The position numbers were made by a program, and so were the translations under genes. From the NCBI GenBank assembly GCA_963755915.1, contig CAVWLP010000002.1, forward strand, positions 2,592,001-2,656,000: a stretch of DNA of 64,000 bases. The letters are read 5' to 3'. Of this stretch, positions 43,259-53,821 are shown one piece after another (within the stretch, counting starts at the first letter, position 1; each line of letters starts with the position of its first letter). Source of the DNA: an uncultured Phycisphaerales bacterium. GTDB taxonomy: Bacteria; Planctomycetota; Phycisphaerae; Tepidisphaerales; Tepidisphaeraceae. The notes under the pieces were generated by a model, which searched no databases, was not told the origin of the DNA, and saw only the letters and a program-made list of their open reading frames with translations.

Positions 43259-46200
43259 AAACAAATCCCAATCACGTCTCGATCTCACGCCCCGATCGGA
43301 ATCGACGCCGCCTCTCCTTTCTGACCATGGCCGCCGCACCCGTCCTGGCCCTTCTCGCTCGGCCGCCATTAGAAGCGTTTGGGCAGACCACCTATACTTG
43401 GATGGGCGGCAACGGCAACTGGAGCACGTCGACCAATTGGAACCCAAACGGCGTGCCAGGAACCGTAAACGGCGACACCGCGCTTATCGACACCAACGGC
43501 GCCAGCCCGGTCTCCGTTACCTACGACTACAGCGGGCCTGCGTCTACTTTGAGCGACGTCACCGTGGACTACACCGGGTCCGCCACCGGCGGGGGAAACA
43601 CACTTTCCATTTCGAGCAATCTCTCCCTCAACGTGGAGATTGAGTATTTCGGCGAAGTCGGTGCTGGAACGGCCGACCAGGGCAACGGTTCCAACACAGT
43701 ACAAAATAGTGTGGCTTTGGGCGTCTTCACGGGCTCTTCCGGAACATACGTTCTAAGCGGTGGCTACTTGACGGACGTGGCGGGCGTTGAAGCGATTGGC
43801 GAGGAGGGAAACGGAACCTTCAATCAGACCGGCGGAACAAACACGGAGGATTTGTACAATATCTATCTCGGATATGAGCAAGGTGCAAACGGCGCCTACA
43901 CGCTCTCCAACGGCAACCTCATAGACAACGGAGGGGATTACCCTCTGGCAATCGGCTTTCAAGGAAACGGGACTTTCATTCAATCCGGCGGCACGAATGC
44001 GCTCAATTGTTATGTTACACTTGGCTGGTTCGCAGGCTCAAACGGCACGTACACCCTTTCCAACGGCAACCTCACAGACAATTCAACAGACCCTCTGGAA
44101 GTCGGCTTTGGAGGAAACGGAACTTTCATTCAATCCGGCGGCACGAGCGCACTCGCCTGCCAGCTTGTGGTCGGTTGGGAGCAAGGTTCAAACGGCACCT
44201 TTAGCCTTTCCGATGGCACTTTCACGTCCACTTCAGAATATGGGTCGATCATCGGCTATATCGGAAATGGGACCTTCACCCAATCCGGCGGCACTTTCAG
44301 CGTGGCTTCCGATCTTGACCTGGGTTCCTACTCCCCCGCAATCGGCTACTACAGCATTAGCGCGGGCTCTGCCACGGTGGGAAATAACCTCAACATTGGC
44401 GGAGCGGGAGCCAGCGGCGCTGGTTTAGGCGTCGTAACCATCAGTGGCTCGGGCACGCTTACCGTAGACTCCTCTGTTATCGTCTATAACAACCCCGGCA
44501 ATGCCCTCAACCTCGAGGGCGGAGAGCTTTCCACGCCCTCACTGAATCTCAATGGAAACCCCTCCCTGCTGAACTGGACTGGCGGGACTTTGAACCTGAC
44601 CACCAGCGTCACGTTCGACCCTTCCGCTGCCGGCACCACCACCTCTGCGGCTTTCGGTTCGTCGCTCACCCTGAGCAGCCAGATGGCCCTGGAAGTCCAG
44701 GGAAATGAAACCATCGGTGGGGGAAGCCCATTTACCCTCAACGTCGGAGGCGGTTCCAGCAATATCGTGACCGGCACCCTCAACCTCACCACGAGCGGCG
44801 TTATCACCGCCGCCTCTGGCGCCGTCGTCCAGGTGGGCGGCGACCTGGTTAACGCCAGTACTCAGAGCACGAGCGTCAATCTCACCCAGGGAAAAGTCCA
44901 ACTCCTCGGCGGCGTCCCCCACAACGTCTTCTGGCCGGGCGTCGACATGGGCGCGACATCCTCGGGCTACACCAACAACTTCGCCATCGGAACCCTGGAG
45001 CTGGGCAGCGGCGACTCGATGATTCTCTACGGCATCAATGGCTCCGGCGCGATCTACGTCAGCACCTTTTTGCTCGATGGTTACAGCGGCGGATCGCCCG
45101 CAACCCTCATACAAGACTCCATCCTGCAATCCAATCCCAACGAGATCGTTGACATGTATTACGATCCGGATCAGACCGGCAACGCTTACCTCGACGATCT
45201 GACCTACGCCCTGGGCAACGGCGGCTACCTGACGCCAGTGGCCGGCGCCCAGATATCCCAATCGATCTACTGGGACAACGCCTACGCACCCTTGCCTACC
45301 ACCGACGGCGTCACCTGGGACTCCACCCACAACAACTGGAACAACGGCTCCGAGCCCACCACCTACGCCGACGGCGATGCCGTGACCTTCAACGATACCA
45401 ACAATGGCAACTACCAGGTGACGCTGAATACCACCGTCAGCCCCGCGTCGGTCCTGGTGAGCAACAGCTCAAACAACTACACGATTACCGGTTCCGGCAA
45501 GATCATCGACACCGGCACGTTCATCAAGAAAGGGGGCGGGCTCCTGACGCTCGGCACCGGACTCACCGCCTCCAGCCTCACCATCAGCGGCGGAGAGATC
45601 GCCCTGGCGACCAACACCACGCTGGGAAGCGGCAGCCCGCTCATAGCCACCAGCAACATCAACATCTCCTCCCTCACGATCGCCCTCGGCAGCGTTCTGG
45701 ACATCGCCAACAACCACATCCTCATCGATTACACCAGCAGCGATCCCATCGCCACGATCCAGCAATATCTCCTCAACGGATTCAACGGCGGGCACTGGAA
45801 CGGCACCGGCGGCAACGGCGTGGGGGCGATCATCTCCTCCGCCGCTGCTCTCAATTCCCACTACGGCATCGGCTGGGCGGATGGGGGCGATGGAACGCAC
45901 AGCGTCTCCGGGCTGCTCGGCGGGGAAATCGAACTCAAATACACCTTGCTCGGCGATGCGAACCTCGACGGAACCGTCAACGGCTCCGACTTCAGCATCC
46001 TTGCCGCTAATTTCGGTCTCGGGCATACCAACTGGGACCAGGGGAATTTCCTTTACGGTTCTTCCGTCAACGGCTCGGACTTCTCTGCGCTCGCAGCTAA
46101 TTTCGGGCAGGGGGACAGCGGGGCGGCTGTGGGCGTTTCGCCGGCGGATATTGCGGCGCTGGATGCGTTCGCGGTTGCCAATGGATTGCCGCTTCCCACA

Positions 46201-46284
46201 TTCGCCACCATCCCCGAACCTGCGAGCTGCGCACTTCTATCGCTGAGTGCGATCTCACTGCTCGTTCGCCGCCGCCGGCCGTGA
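43255..46284 (+). CDS. Beta-helix repeat surface protein with dockerin-like module and PEP-CTERM
   Basis: GNGTFxQSGG...GxNGTYTLSNG repeats; shared stalk; IPEP-TM-RRRR; ATGA-coupled to the upstream gene. Confidence 0.85.
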   Translation: MKTNPNHVSISRPDRNRRRLSFLTMAAAPVLALLARPPLEAFGQTTYTWMGGNGNWSTSTNWNPNGVPGTVNGDTALIDTNGASPVSVTYDYSGPASTLSDVTVDYTGSATGGGNTLSISSNLSLNVEIEYFGEVGAGTADQGNGSNTVQNSVALGVFTGSSGTYVLSGGYLTDVAGVEAIGEEGNGTFNQTGGTNTEDLYNIYLGYEQGANGAYTLSNGNLIDNGGDYPLAIGFQGNGTFIQSGGTNALNCYVTLGWFAGSNGTYTLSNGNLTDNSTDPLEVGFGGNGTFIQSGGTSALACQLVVGWEQGSNGTFSLSDGTFTSTSEYGSIIGYIGNGTFTQSGGTFSVASDLDLGSYSPAIGYYSISAGSATVGNNLNIGGAGASGAGLGVVTISGSGTLTVDSSVIVYNNPGNALNLEGGELSTPSLNLNGNPSLLNWTGGTLNLTTSVTFDPSAAGTTTSAAFGSSLTLSSQMALEVQGNETIGGGSPFTLNVGGGSSNIVTGTLNLTTSGVITAASGAVVQVGGDLVNASTQSTSVNLTQGKVQLLGGVPHNVFWPGVDMGATSSGYTNNFAIGTLELGSGDSMILYGINGSGAIYVSTFLLDGYSGGSPATLIQDSILQSNPNEIVDMYYDPDQTGNAYLDDLTYALGNGGYLTPVAGAQISQSIYWDNAYAPLPTTDGVTWDSTHNNWNNGSEPTTYADGDAVTFNDTNNGNYQVTLNTTVSPASVLVSNSSNNYTITGSGKIIDTGTFIKKGGGLLTLGTGLTASSLTISGGEIALATNTTLGSGSPLIATSNINISSLTIALGSVLDIANNHILIDYTSSDPIATIQQYLLNGFNGGHWNGTGGNGVGAIISSAAALNSHYGIGWADGGDGTHSVSGLLGGEIELKYTLLGDANLDGTVNGSDFSILAANFGLGHTNWDQGNFLYGSSVNGSDFSALAANFGQGDSGAAVGVSPADIAALDAFAVANGLPLPTFATIPEPASCALLSLSAISLLVRRRRP

Positions 46285-46587
46285 TTCTCCATCGCAACGG
46301 CGCCCGAGGAAAAAGTCCAGTCGATTGGATTGAGGAGATCATCGCCCACAAAAGCTGATTGCATATTTGGTTAGACAATTCCAAATACCCCCTTGAACCG
46401 AAATAATACTATTCCTATCGTAATAGTATGCATCGGAAAAGCAGTAATTTCCATACATTTCCCACCACGGTGTCATGGGGCGCGCAAAACCGGCCAATTG
46501 AGGGCGCGCCAAAACCGGCCATTTTGAGGCACAGGAGATTGGGTTATCGACCTTGGCTTTCGGCGGTTGCCGCAAGCCAATGGTGGG

Positions 46588-46832
46588 ATGGCCAATCAAC
46601 TCAAGATGGCGGAAGTACAAGCAATTTTGGCACTTGCGCAGCGGCTGGTCCAATCGGAACATCGCCCGCCAACTCGGCGTTCACCGGGAGACCGTTGGAC
46701 GCCACATCCGGTTGTCGGGCGGCGATCCTGCGGCGCCCGGATCGGATTCAAAACCGGCCAGCGCGCCCTCGGCTCGACGGTGCTCGCCGCAGGCGGCTCG
46801 GAGAGCAGAGCCGAAGGGAGTCCACCCCATGA
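46588..46832 (+). pseudogene. istA: IstA remnant (N-terminal HTH only)
   Basis: MANQLKMAEVQAILAL...GWSNRNIARQLGVHRETV then runs into istB; no room for the DDE domain. Confidence 0.75.
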
Positions 46833-47719
46833 GACCTTCGTTGATGCAGACGCTCAAGCAACTTCGGCTTTCAGGTCTGGCGAGCAGCCTTGAAGTTCGC
46901 CTGAGCGAGGCGGCCGGCAATCGGCTCGACCACAGTGAGTTTTTGGAACTGATCCTTCAGGATGAACTGAACGTCCGATCCAGCCGGCAGATCGGCCGGC
47001 ACGTCAAGGCGGCGATGTTCCGCGACACCAAAAACCTCGACGAGTTCGACTTCTCCTTCAACACCTCCATCAAACGCAAACAGATTCACGATCTGGCCGC
47101 CGGCCAGTTCATTCGTGACAAACGTGACGTGCTCTTGCTGGGTCCGCCCGGCGTGGGCAAATCGTTTTTGGCCCAGGCCATCGGACACCAGGCGATCAAG
47201 AGCGGCTTGGTGGTCCTGTACCGATCCATCTTCGACCTGGCCCGCGACTTTTTAGGCGACGAGGATCTGGGAGCCCAGGACAAGACGCTGGCCCGGTATC
47301 TCAAGCCTGATCTGCTTATCATCGACGACATGGGAATGAAGCAGCTTCCGCGGCGCAGCGGCGAATGCCTGCTGGAGATCGTCATGCGCCGGCACGAGAA
47401 CCGCTCGACGATGATGACCAGCAACCGTCCACTGGAGGACTGGGCCAAGCTGATCGGCGACGTGCCGGCGGCCACGGCCATTCTGGATCGGTTCCTGCAG
47501 CACGCCACGATCATCAACATCACCGGCAAGAGCTACCGCCTTCGGCATGGGGGCCATTCGACTTCGCTCACGGCAGGCCAATCCGGGACACCGGAAAAGA
47601 CAAATCCAAAAGGACGGCGGAGTACCGCCGGCGATGAAGGGTGCTCCCCCCCGGAAGACACCGTGACAGAGCCGCCGTTGTCTTCTGATGTGGGGGTATC
47701 CGCCGGCCAGACGGCGTGA
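46829..47719 (+). CDS. istB: IS21 helper AAA+ ATPase IstB
   Basis: LKQLRLSG, LDEFDFSFN, GPPGVGKS (Walker A), LLIIDDMG (Walker B), TSNR, AILDR and GKSYR motifs. Confidence 0.95.
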   Translation: MRPSLMQTLKQLRLSGLASSLEVRLSEAAGNRLDHSEFLELILQDELNVRSSRQIGRHVKAAMFRDTKNLDEFDFSFNTSIKRKQIHDLAAGQFIRDKRDVLLLGPPGVGKSFLAQAIGHQAIKSGLVVLYRSIFDLARDFLGDEDLGAQDKTLARYLKPDLLIIDDMGMKQLPRRSGECLLEIVMRRHENRSTMMTSNRPLEDWAKLIGDVPAATAILDRFLQHATIINITGKSYRLRHGGHSTSLTAGQSGTPEKTNPKGRRSTAGDEGCSPPEDTVTEPPLSSDVGVSAGQTA

Positions 47720-48023
47720 ACGGGGACCAATAACTCAAGGAACAGTTGCGTCGGATAGAACGGATGCGGTATAGAATACGTCAGCACATTGGCCGGTTTT
47801 GAAGCGCCCCGCCCTGGCTGGTTTTGGCGCGCCCCGTGACACCACGGGGCGCACACGCTGTTGAAAGGCGAACTGGATCATGTGTTGCTGATTCCGCCGG
47901 TCGGTGAGTAGGGGGCCATCCCATAAAGATAAAGGCTCGAGACGTAAACCAGGCATCGACGGGCCAAACTGGTTGTATATATCACAAAGACAATCGAAGT
48001 ATCTCTTAATTACGGAGGCGAAA

Positions 48024-50771
48024 ATGAGTTATCGCACGCGAAGAACGAAGTTTATCCTTAATTTCGCAGCAGTTGGCGCAGCGTTAGCGGGAATGGTGAC
48101 CCCCGCACAGCGCGTGCGTGCCGCCACCTTCACCTGGGACGCGGGGGGAGGCAGCCCAACTGATCCGGTTGACGGCTCGGGAACCTGGGACACCAGCACG
48201 TCAGAGTGGAGCAACGGCGCCGTCGATTCCCCCTGGAACAACGGCGACGACGATACCGCGGTTTTCGGGAACTCCAATGGAGCCGGCGGCACAGTCACGC
48301 TTGGCACAGCGATCACCGCCGGCTCCATTACCTTCAGCGCGCCCGGCTCCGCAAGTTATGTCGTCGGAAATACCTCCACCAACTCCCTTACCATCACAAC
48401 CGGCGACGTCTCCGTCGCGCCCAGTGTCTCCGCCGTCATCACCAGCCCCATCGACGGCACAAATGGCCTGACCGTTTCCGGCGGTGGAACCCTTCAGCTC
48501 GGCGGTACGGCCACGGCCGTCGCCTACACCGGCGATACAACCATCAATAATTCCACGCTCCAGTTCAATAACTTTTCGCCAAGCGCAGCCGTCACCGTTG
48601 GCAACGGTACGACCGACATCAACTTCGATGGCGTTAGCGCCAGCCTGGTTTCCGCAATCTCCAAGTCGGTGCAGTTGTACGTGGATTCGAACATCGTCGT
48701 TGGCGCCGGCACGACGGCGAGCATCAGTTTCTCGCCGAGGACCTACATCGGTGAAGGCAGCTCGGGCGGCGAAACCACGGTCAGTGGCGGCGCAACTTCG
48801 ACGCTGAACCTCACTGCCGACACCACCATTACCCGCGACCTATTTTACAGCTCGGCCGGCGGTTTCAATGGAACCATCAATATTCAGCTGGCGGCTGCTT
48901 CGGGCAGCCCGATCGTTTTCGAGGGCCTCAATGGCTCCTTCACCAGCACCTCCACGGGTTACTTCACCGGTCTGCCCGGAACCTTCAGCGTGAACGGGGA
49001 AATCGGCACCGCCAACCCCTCTGCCGGAGAAACCTATACCGTCGGCGCTCTCGGCGGTGCGAGCACGGGCCTCATTGACACGCCGACCGTCGGCGGAACC
49101 GCGACCTGGTCCGTCGGATCCCTCGGACTCAGCACCACCTACGCCGGCGCAATCAACGGCAACAATGCCCTAGCCCTTACCGGCGGCGCTCTGACTCTCA
49201 CCGGTTCCAGCACCTACACCGGAGGCACGCAGGTCAATGGCGGCGTCCTCTTCGCCAACGGCGCCAGTGCACCGACGGGGACGGGGTCGGTCACCGTTGG
49301 CTCCGGCGCGACCCTGGCCGGCTCAGGAACCATCTCCGGAGCCGTCACCAGCAGCGGCAACATCGCGCCCGGCGTAGCTTCCAACACCCCCGGCACGCTC
49401 ACTATCGACAACGCCGCAACCCTCAATCCCTCTTCGATTCTGAGCTTTATACTCAACACTCCCAACGTCGCCGGCGGTACGGGCGGCAACAGCCTGCTGA
49501 GCGTCGGCGCACTTACCCTTTCAACTGGAATCACCCTGGACGTAACGCCGCAAACCGGATTCGGTCCCGGTTCATATATCCTCATCGACTACTCCAGCCT
49601 GACGGACAATTCATCCTCATTCTCCGGCTGGGCCGTCAGTGGTTTGCCTTCCAATGACTCGGCACAATTTGCCTTGGTGCCGAACGGAGGCGGTGGGACG
49701 GTGGACCTGGTGGTTTCCAGCTCCGGCCCGCAGACTCTCTCTTGGACCGACGCCTCCGCCGACAATCTTTGGAACACGGCCAGCTCTAACTGGACCGACG
49801 GCTCGCCCACCACTTACTCCAACGGCAGCAACGCCATCTTCAACGACAGCAACGGCGGCAACTATTCCGTCACGCTCAATACGACCGTCAGCCCGGGATC
49901 CGTCACGGTGAACAACAGCAACGGCAATTACATCATCAGCGGGACCGGCGCCATCGCGGGAACCACCGCCCTCACCAAGTCCGGCAGCGGCGTTCTGGCG
50001 CTCGACACCGTCAACACGTACTCCGGCGGCACCAATGTCCAGGAGGGGACATTGGTCGCCGGTGTACAAGGCGCTTTGCCAAGCGGAGCCGTCAACATCA
50101 CGGGCGGCGCGCTGGAGCTGGGGGCTAATACCGGCAGCGCGACCGTTACCAGTCTTGCCCTTTCCGGCAACGGCACATTGGACCTGACCAACAACCAGCT
50201 CTTCGTCGACTACGGCAGCAGTTCCGACCCCGTCTCCGCCATCTACTCCTATCTGAAATCGGGCTACAACGGCGGCGACTGGAACGGCCCCGGAATCATC
50301 TCGTCCACCGCCCAGACGCTCACGAGCGGCCTGCGTTACGGCGTTGGGTGGGCGGACGGCAACGACGGAACTCGCAACGTTTCGGGGCTCAGCAGCGGTG
50401 AAATCGAGTTGAAATACACGCTGCTGGGCGATGCCAATCTCGATGGCACGGTCAATGGGAGTGATTTCTCCATCCTTGCCGCCAACTTCGGCCTGGGCGT
50501 GACCAACTGGGACTAGGGGAACTTTCTTTTCAGCAGTTCAGTCAACGGGTCTGACTTCAGCGCCCTCGCCGCCAATTTTGGGCAGGGGGATAGTGGGGCG
50601 GATGTGGCGGTTTCGCCGGCGGACATTGCCGCGCTCGATGCTTTCGCGGTTGCCAACGGATTGCCGCTGCCGAGTATCGCCGCGGTACCCGAGCCGGGGT
50701 CGGCCGGGCTGGCGATATTGGGAGGGGCGGGGCTGTTGCTGCGGAGGAGAAAAGTTACATCACGGATTTAG
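48024..50771 (+). CDS. Autotransporter-repeat surface protein with dockerin-like module and PEP-CTERM; in-frame TAG at 50514-50516
   Basis: GGAGG SD; LTLTGSSTYTGGT and LTKSGSG..NTYSGGT repeats; after TAG the same frame continues GNFLFSSS...VPEP-TM-RRRK to TAG 50771. Confidence 0.8.
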
Positions 50772-51099
50772 GCTCCGGTGACTGGTTTAAACGGCGAGGA
50801 CCGCGGGGCAGCCAAAGAAGTCGAAGCTCATTTATTCCCGGTTCTTCGCGCTTAGGCGCTCCCTGAGGATTGCAGGAGCGAATCCTCGCGGGGAGCGCGG
50901 CGGGGATGCCAAAATTCCTGATTGGGCCGTTCCAGCTTTCCCCCGCCTGGTTTGCCGTCAAATGTATTCCACCTTAGCGCACGATTCACAATTGTTGTCA
51001 ATCGGAGTGTTTTTTGCGTTTTTTTAAGATGGCGTCATATTGCTGTGGCTATCGGGCACTGGGCTCTTAAAAATCGGGACCTGAGTTTGGGAGGTGCGC

Positions 51100-53115
51100 A
51101 TGCCGCTTCGCAATTACGGGCTTCTTACGGGCATTCTGGAAAATCATGGTCCACAGGACGGCGGTAATCCGCATTACCTGTTGGTCATCAAGGCGGGGTC
51201 GATCAACTATCGCATTTCGATTAACTCACAGTCGACGCCGGCAAAGGGAGATAATCCCTCTCCGATGCAATATCAAATTCTTAAAGGGCTAAAAGGCACA
51301 TCGCTTGCCAGGGCCATTAAAAATCGAAACCAATTTCTGCTTCATTCTCAGGACCCATCCGGGCCGACGCTGGACTACCTCCGCGATGGCATCCTGAAGA
51401 TGAGCGGCTTCGAAAGTGTTCCCGCACCCGGGCGGAGGCAGTCCAGTTCGCTGCAAAGCCTGATTGCCGACGCCGCGGAAGCAACGAGTGCCGGTGGATT
51501 CGTTGCCGTCTTCGGTTCCGGTTACCCCGACCAGGACGATCGCCCCCCTGGGCCCGGCAATGACCCCCAGCGCAACGCCTTTGGTTTTACGGGTGTCGAC
51601 AATGTTCACATGAATCAGGGCAACTATCTGCGGGTCGGCACGCACGACAACGGGCAGTATCAGGAAAACGGCATCCACCAGGACGGTGGAATCTTATTCT
51701 TTCAATCCGACGGCGATGTTAGCGGATTGTTCATCAAATTCGCCTACCAGGCCGTCCAGACAGATGACTTTGGCAACCCGGCGAATACCGGTGTTCCGGA
51801 ACTGGATTCGACCCAAGCCATCAAACCGGCCGTGCGAAAAACGCTGCTCAAACGTCCAGCCGCGTTGAAGAAGCTCAGCAAATCGGTTGCTTCTTCTTCA
51901 GCGGCGGAAGTGCCCATCTCCGGAACGTCGGGCGGAACCAGTACCGATGGTTTCGTTTTTGGGACGCCGGACACGCCCGATGATCCCAATCACAAGTTTG
52001 ACGATGACGACGACTCTCAATATGTCAATTCACCGTTCGTCAAAAATTTCGGCGTACTGGGAGTTCCCGAGCCCGTTCCCGGCCCGCGCGACGGGAAGTA
52101 CCCCACGATGGACCTGGCGGACGTGCTGGGGAAACCGGCGGTGAACAGCATTGCCAAAAACCCTCAAATCGTCTTCCACGTCGCCGGCACGCCGGCCGAA
52201 AGCAAGTATGCCAACGAACAAGCGGTGGCCGATTTGATGATGCAGGATTTCGATCCTTCGATCGATCAATCTCAGCAGCCCAAATTTTACTATCACGTTG
52301 GGGATGTCGTTTACTATTACGGCGAAGCACAGTTCTATTACGATCAATTCTATAAGCCTTACAAAGATTACCCGGGACCGATCTTCGCGATCCCCGGAAA
52401 CCACGATGGGATTACGTACACCCCCAGTATGGTTTCTCTGGACGGCTTCATCAAAGCATTTTGCGACGATCAGCCGCGACACTGGTCCGCGGCGGGGGGA
52501 ATCGGCCGATCGACGATGACGCAGCCCGGCGTCTATTTCACGCTCAACGCGCCGTTCGTTTCAATTATCGGCTTGTACACCAATTGCTCCGAGTTTTATG
52601 GGTACATCGACGACCAGCAGAAACTGTTCTTTTACAACGAATTGATGCGCTTGAAGCCCTTGCGGCAGAGTGGAGAAATAACGGCGGTGATCCTGGCGGT
52701 GCATCACAGTCCGATGTCGTATAATCGCGCCAAGCCGGGTTCGGCAACATTGATGCAGGCCCTCGACGCCGCTTGCAACCAGGCCGACTTTTGGCCCGAC
52801 GCCGTTTTTTCCGGTCACGCCCACATTTACCAACGCATGACGCGAACCGTTCCCGGAAACGACAACTGGCAAATTCCCTATATCATCAGCGGCAGCGGCG
52901 GATATACGGTCAATGCAAGTCAGGAAGTCGACAAGCAGGATATGTCGGCGATTGACGCCAGCGATCCGCAAAATCGCCTGCACCAGTTCTACGCGCACTA
53001 CGGGTACATGGTGGTTACCGTAACACCCGGCGACTCTTCCAATCCGCCGACCCTGCGCACCGAATTCCGCAGTCCCGACATCAACGCCGGGCGCCGACCG
53101 ACGTTTGCATTTTGA
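51100..53115 (+). CDS. DUF2278 (YukJ-like) domain fused to a calcineurin-like metallophosphoesterase
   Basis: MPLRNYGLL, PHY, LDYLR, GVDNVHMNQGN and HQDGGILF (DUF2278 pattern); GDVVY, PGNHD, VHH and SGHAH (phosphoesterase). The end may extend to 53141 via a frameshift. Confidence 0.8.
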   Translation: MPLRNYGLLTGILENHGPQDGGNPHYLLVIKAGSINYRISINSQSTPAKGDNPSPMQYQILKGLKGTSLARAIKNRNQFLLHSQDPSGPTLDYLRDGILKMSGFESVPAPGRRQSSSLQSLIADAAEATSAGGFVAVFGSGYPDQDDRPPGPGNDPQRNAFGFTGVDNVHMNQGNYLRVGTHDNGQYQENGIHQDGGILFFQSDGDVSGLFIKFAYQAVQTDDFGNPANTGVPELDSTQAIKPAVRKTLLKRPAALKKLSKSVASSSAAEVPISGTSGGTSTDGFVFGTPDTPDDPNHKFDDDDDSQYVNSPFVKNFGVLGVPEPVPGPRDGKYPTMDLADVLGKPAVNSIAKNPQIVFHVAGTPAESKYANEQAVADLMMQDFDPSIDQSQQPKFYYHVGDVVYYYGEAQFYYDQFYKPYKDYPGPIFAIPGNHDGITYTPSMVSLDGFIKAFCDDQPRHWSAAGGIGRSTMTQPGVYFTLNAPFVSIIGLYTNCSEFYGYIDDQQKLFFYNELMRLKPLRQSGEITAVILAVHHSPMSYNRAKPGSATLMQALDAACNQADFWPDAVFSGHAHIYQRMTRTVPGNDNWQIPYIISGSGGYTVNASQEVDKQDMSAIDASDPQNRLHQFYAHYGYMVVTVTPGDSSNPPTLRTEFRSPDINAGRRPTFAF

Positions 53116-53154
53116 ACCTGAATACCCATCAACTCATGTGACGGACTTTTTTCC

Positions 53155-53805
53155 ATGCTAATATTGGCGGACTCAAACGGGGCAAGCGCCTGGGTGGGGA
53201 TCATCATAGGCATGGGCGGCTTTGGCGTCGGCCTCTGGCAGTACCTCGTCGCACAGCAATGGAAAAGGGCGGAGTTTGTCGCCGGCACGATGAAGGATTT
53301 CTTCGCCAATCCGCAGGTCTCCACCGCCCTGCTTTTGCTGGACTATGCTCAAATCAAACTGAATGAGAAGGGAGAGCAATGTGTCGGGAATGAGCCCGGC
53401 GTGGTTTTCGATGAGAACCTCATTTGCAGCGGGCTGCGGCTTCACACCGAGTTCAGGAACGATGACGACTTCCTTTCGCCGCCGGAAATGGTCGTCCGCA
53501 TGTCGTTCGACGAGCTCTTCACGGAACTGGAAAACTTTCAGCATTTCATCGACACGGATTTGGTGACGCTCGGCGACATATTGCCCTATCTGTCGTATTG
53601 GCTGAATGTCCTAAGCAACCCGGGGACGAATTGGAAAGGTTCGCAGTTTTACATGTCGGTGAGCAAGTTCCTCCACGGCTACGACTACAGGGGCGCGACG
53701 GCATTGATCGAATCGTTCCAGCAGGCGAAGCTGGGCGCAATCGTGCTGCCTGCGGCCGAGGGGGTGAAGGCGTCGCCGGAAATTGAACGTGCCCCCAGAG
53801 GTTAG
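53155..53805 (+). CDS. Membrane-anchored hypothetical protein
   Basis: One N-terminal TM helix, then WQY...WKRAEF and a helical domain; same strand, short gap. Confidence 0.7.
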   Translation: MLILADSNGASAWVGIIIGMGGFGVGLWQYLVAQQWKRAEFVAGTMKDFFANPQVSTALLLLDYAQIKLNEKGEQCVGNEPGVVFDENLICSGLRLHTEFRNDDDFLSPPEMVVRMSFDELFTELENFQHFIDTDLVTLGDILPYLSYWLNVLSNPGTNWKGSQFYMSVSKFLHGYDYRGATALIESFQQAKLGAIVLPAAEGVKASPEIERAPRG

Positions 53806-53821
53806 TTTGATGGGGTGGGAC

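Larger units (their letters stand above)
46471..47841 (+). mobile_element. IS21-family element, internally deleted (1371 bp)
   Basis: Ends TGTCATGGGGCGCG.../...CGCGCCCCGTGACA with repeated CAAAACCGGCCA-like boxes; 6-bp direct repeat CCACGG on both flanks (46465-46470, 47842-47847). Confidence 0.9.

Noticed and set aside
50514-50516. TAG as pyrrolysine or stop-codon reassignment
   Set aside because: A single instance at a conserved Gln; TAG ends other genes here (e.g. rpmG, secE), and no pyl genes are visible.
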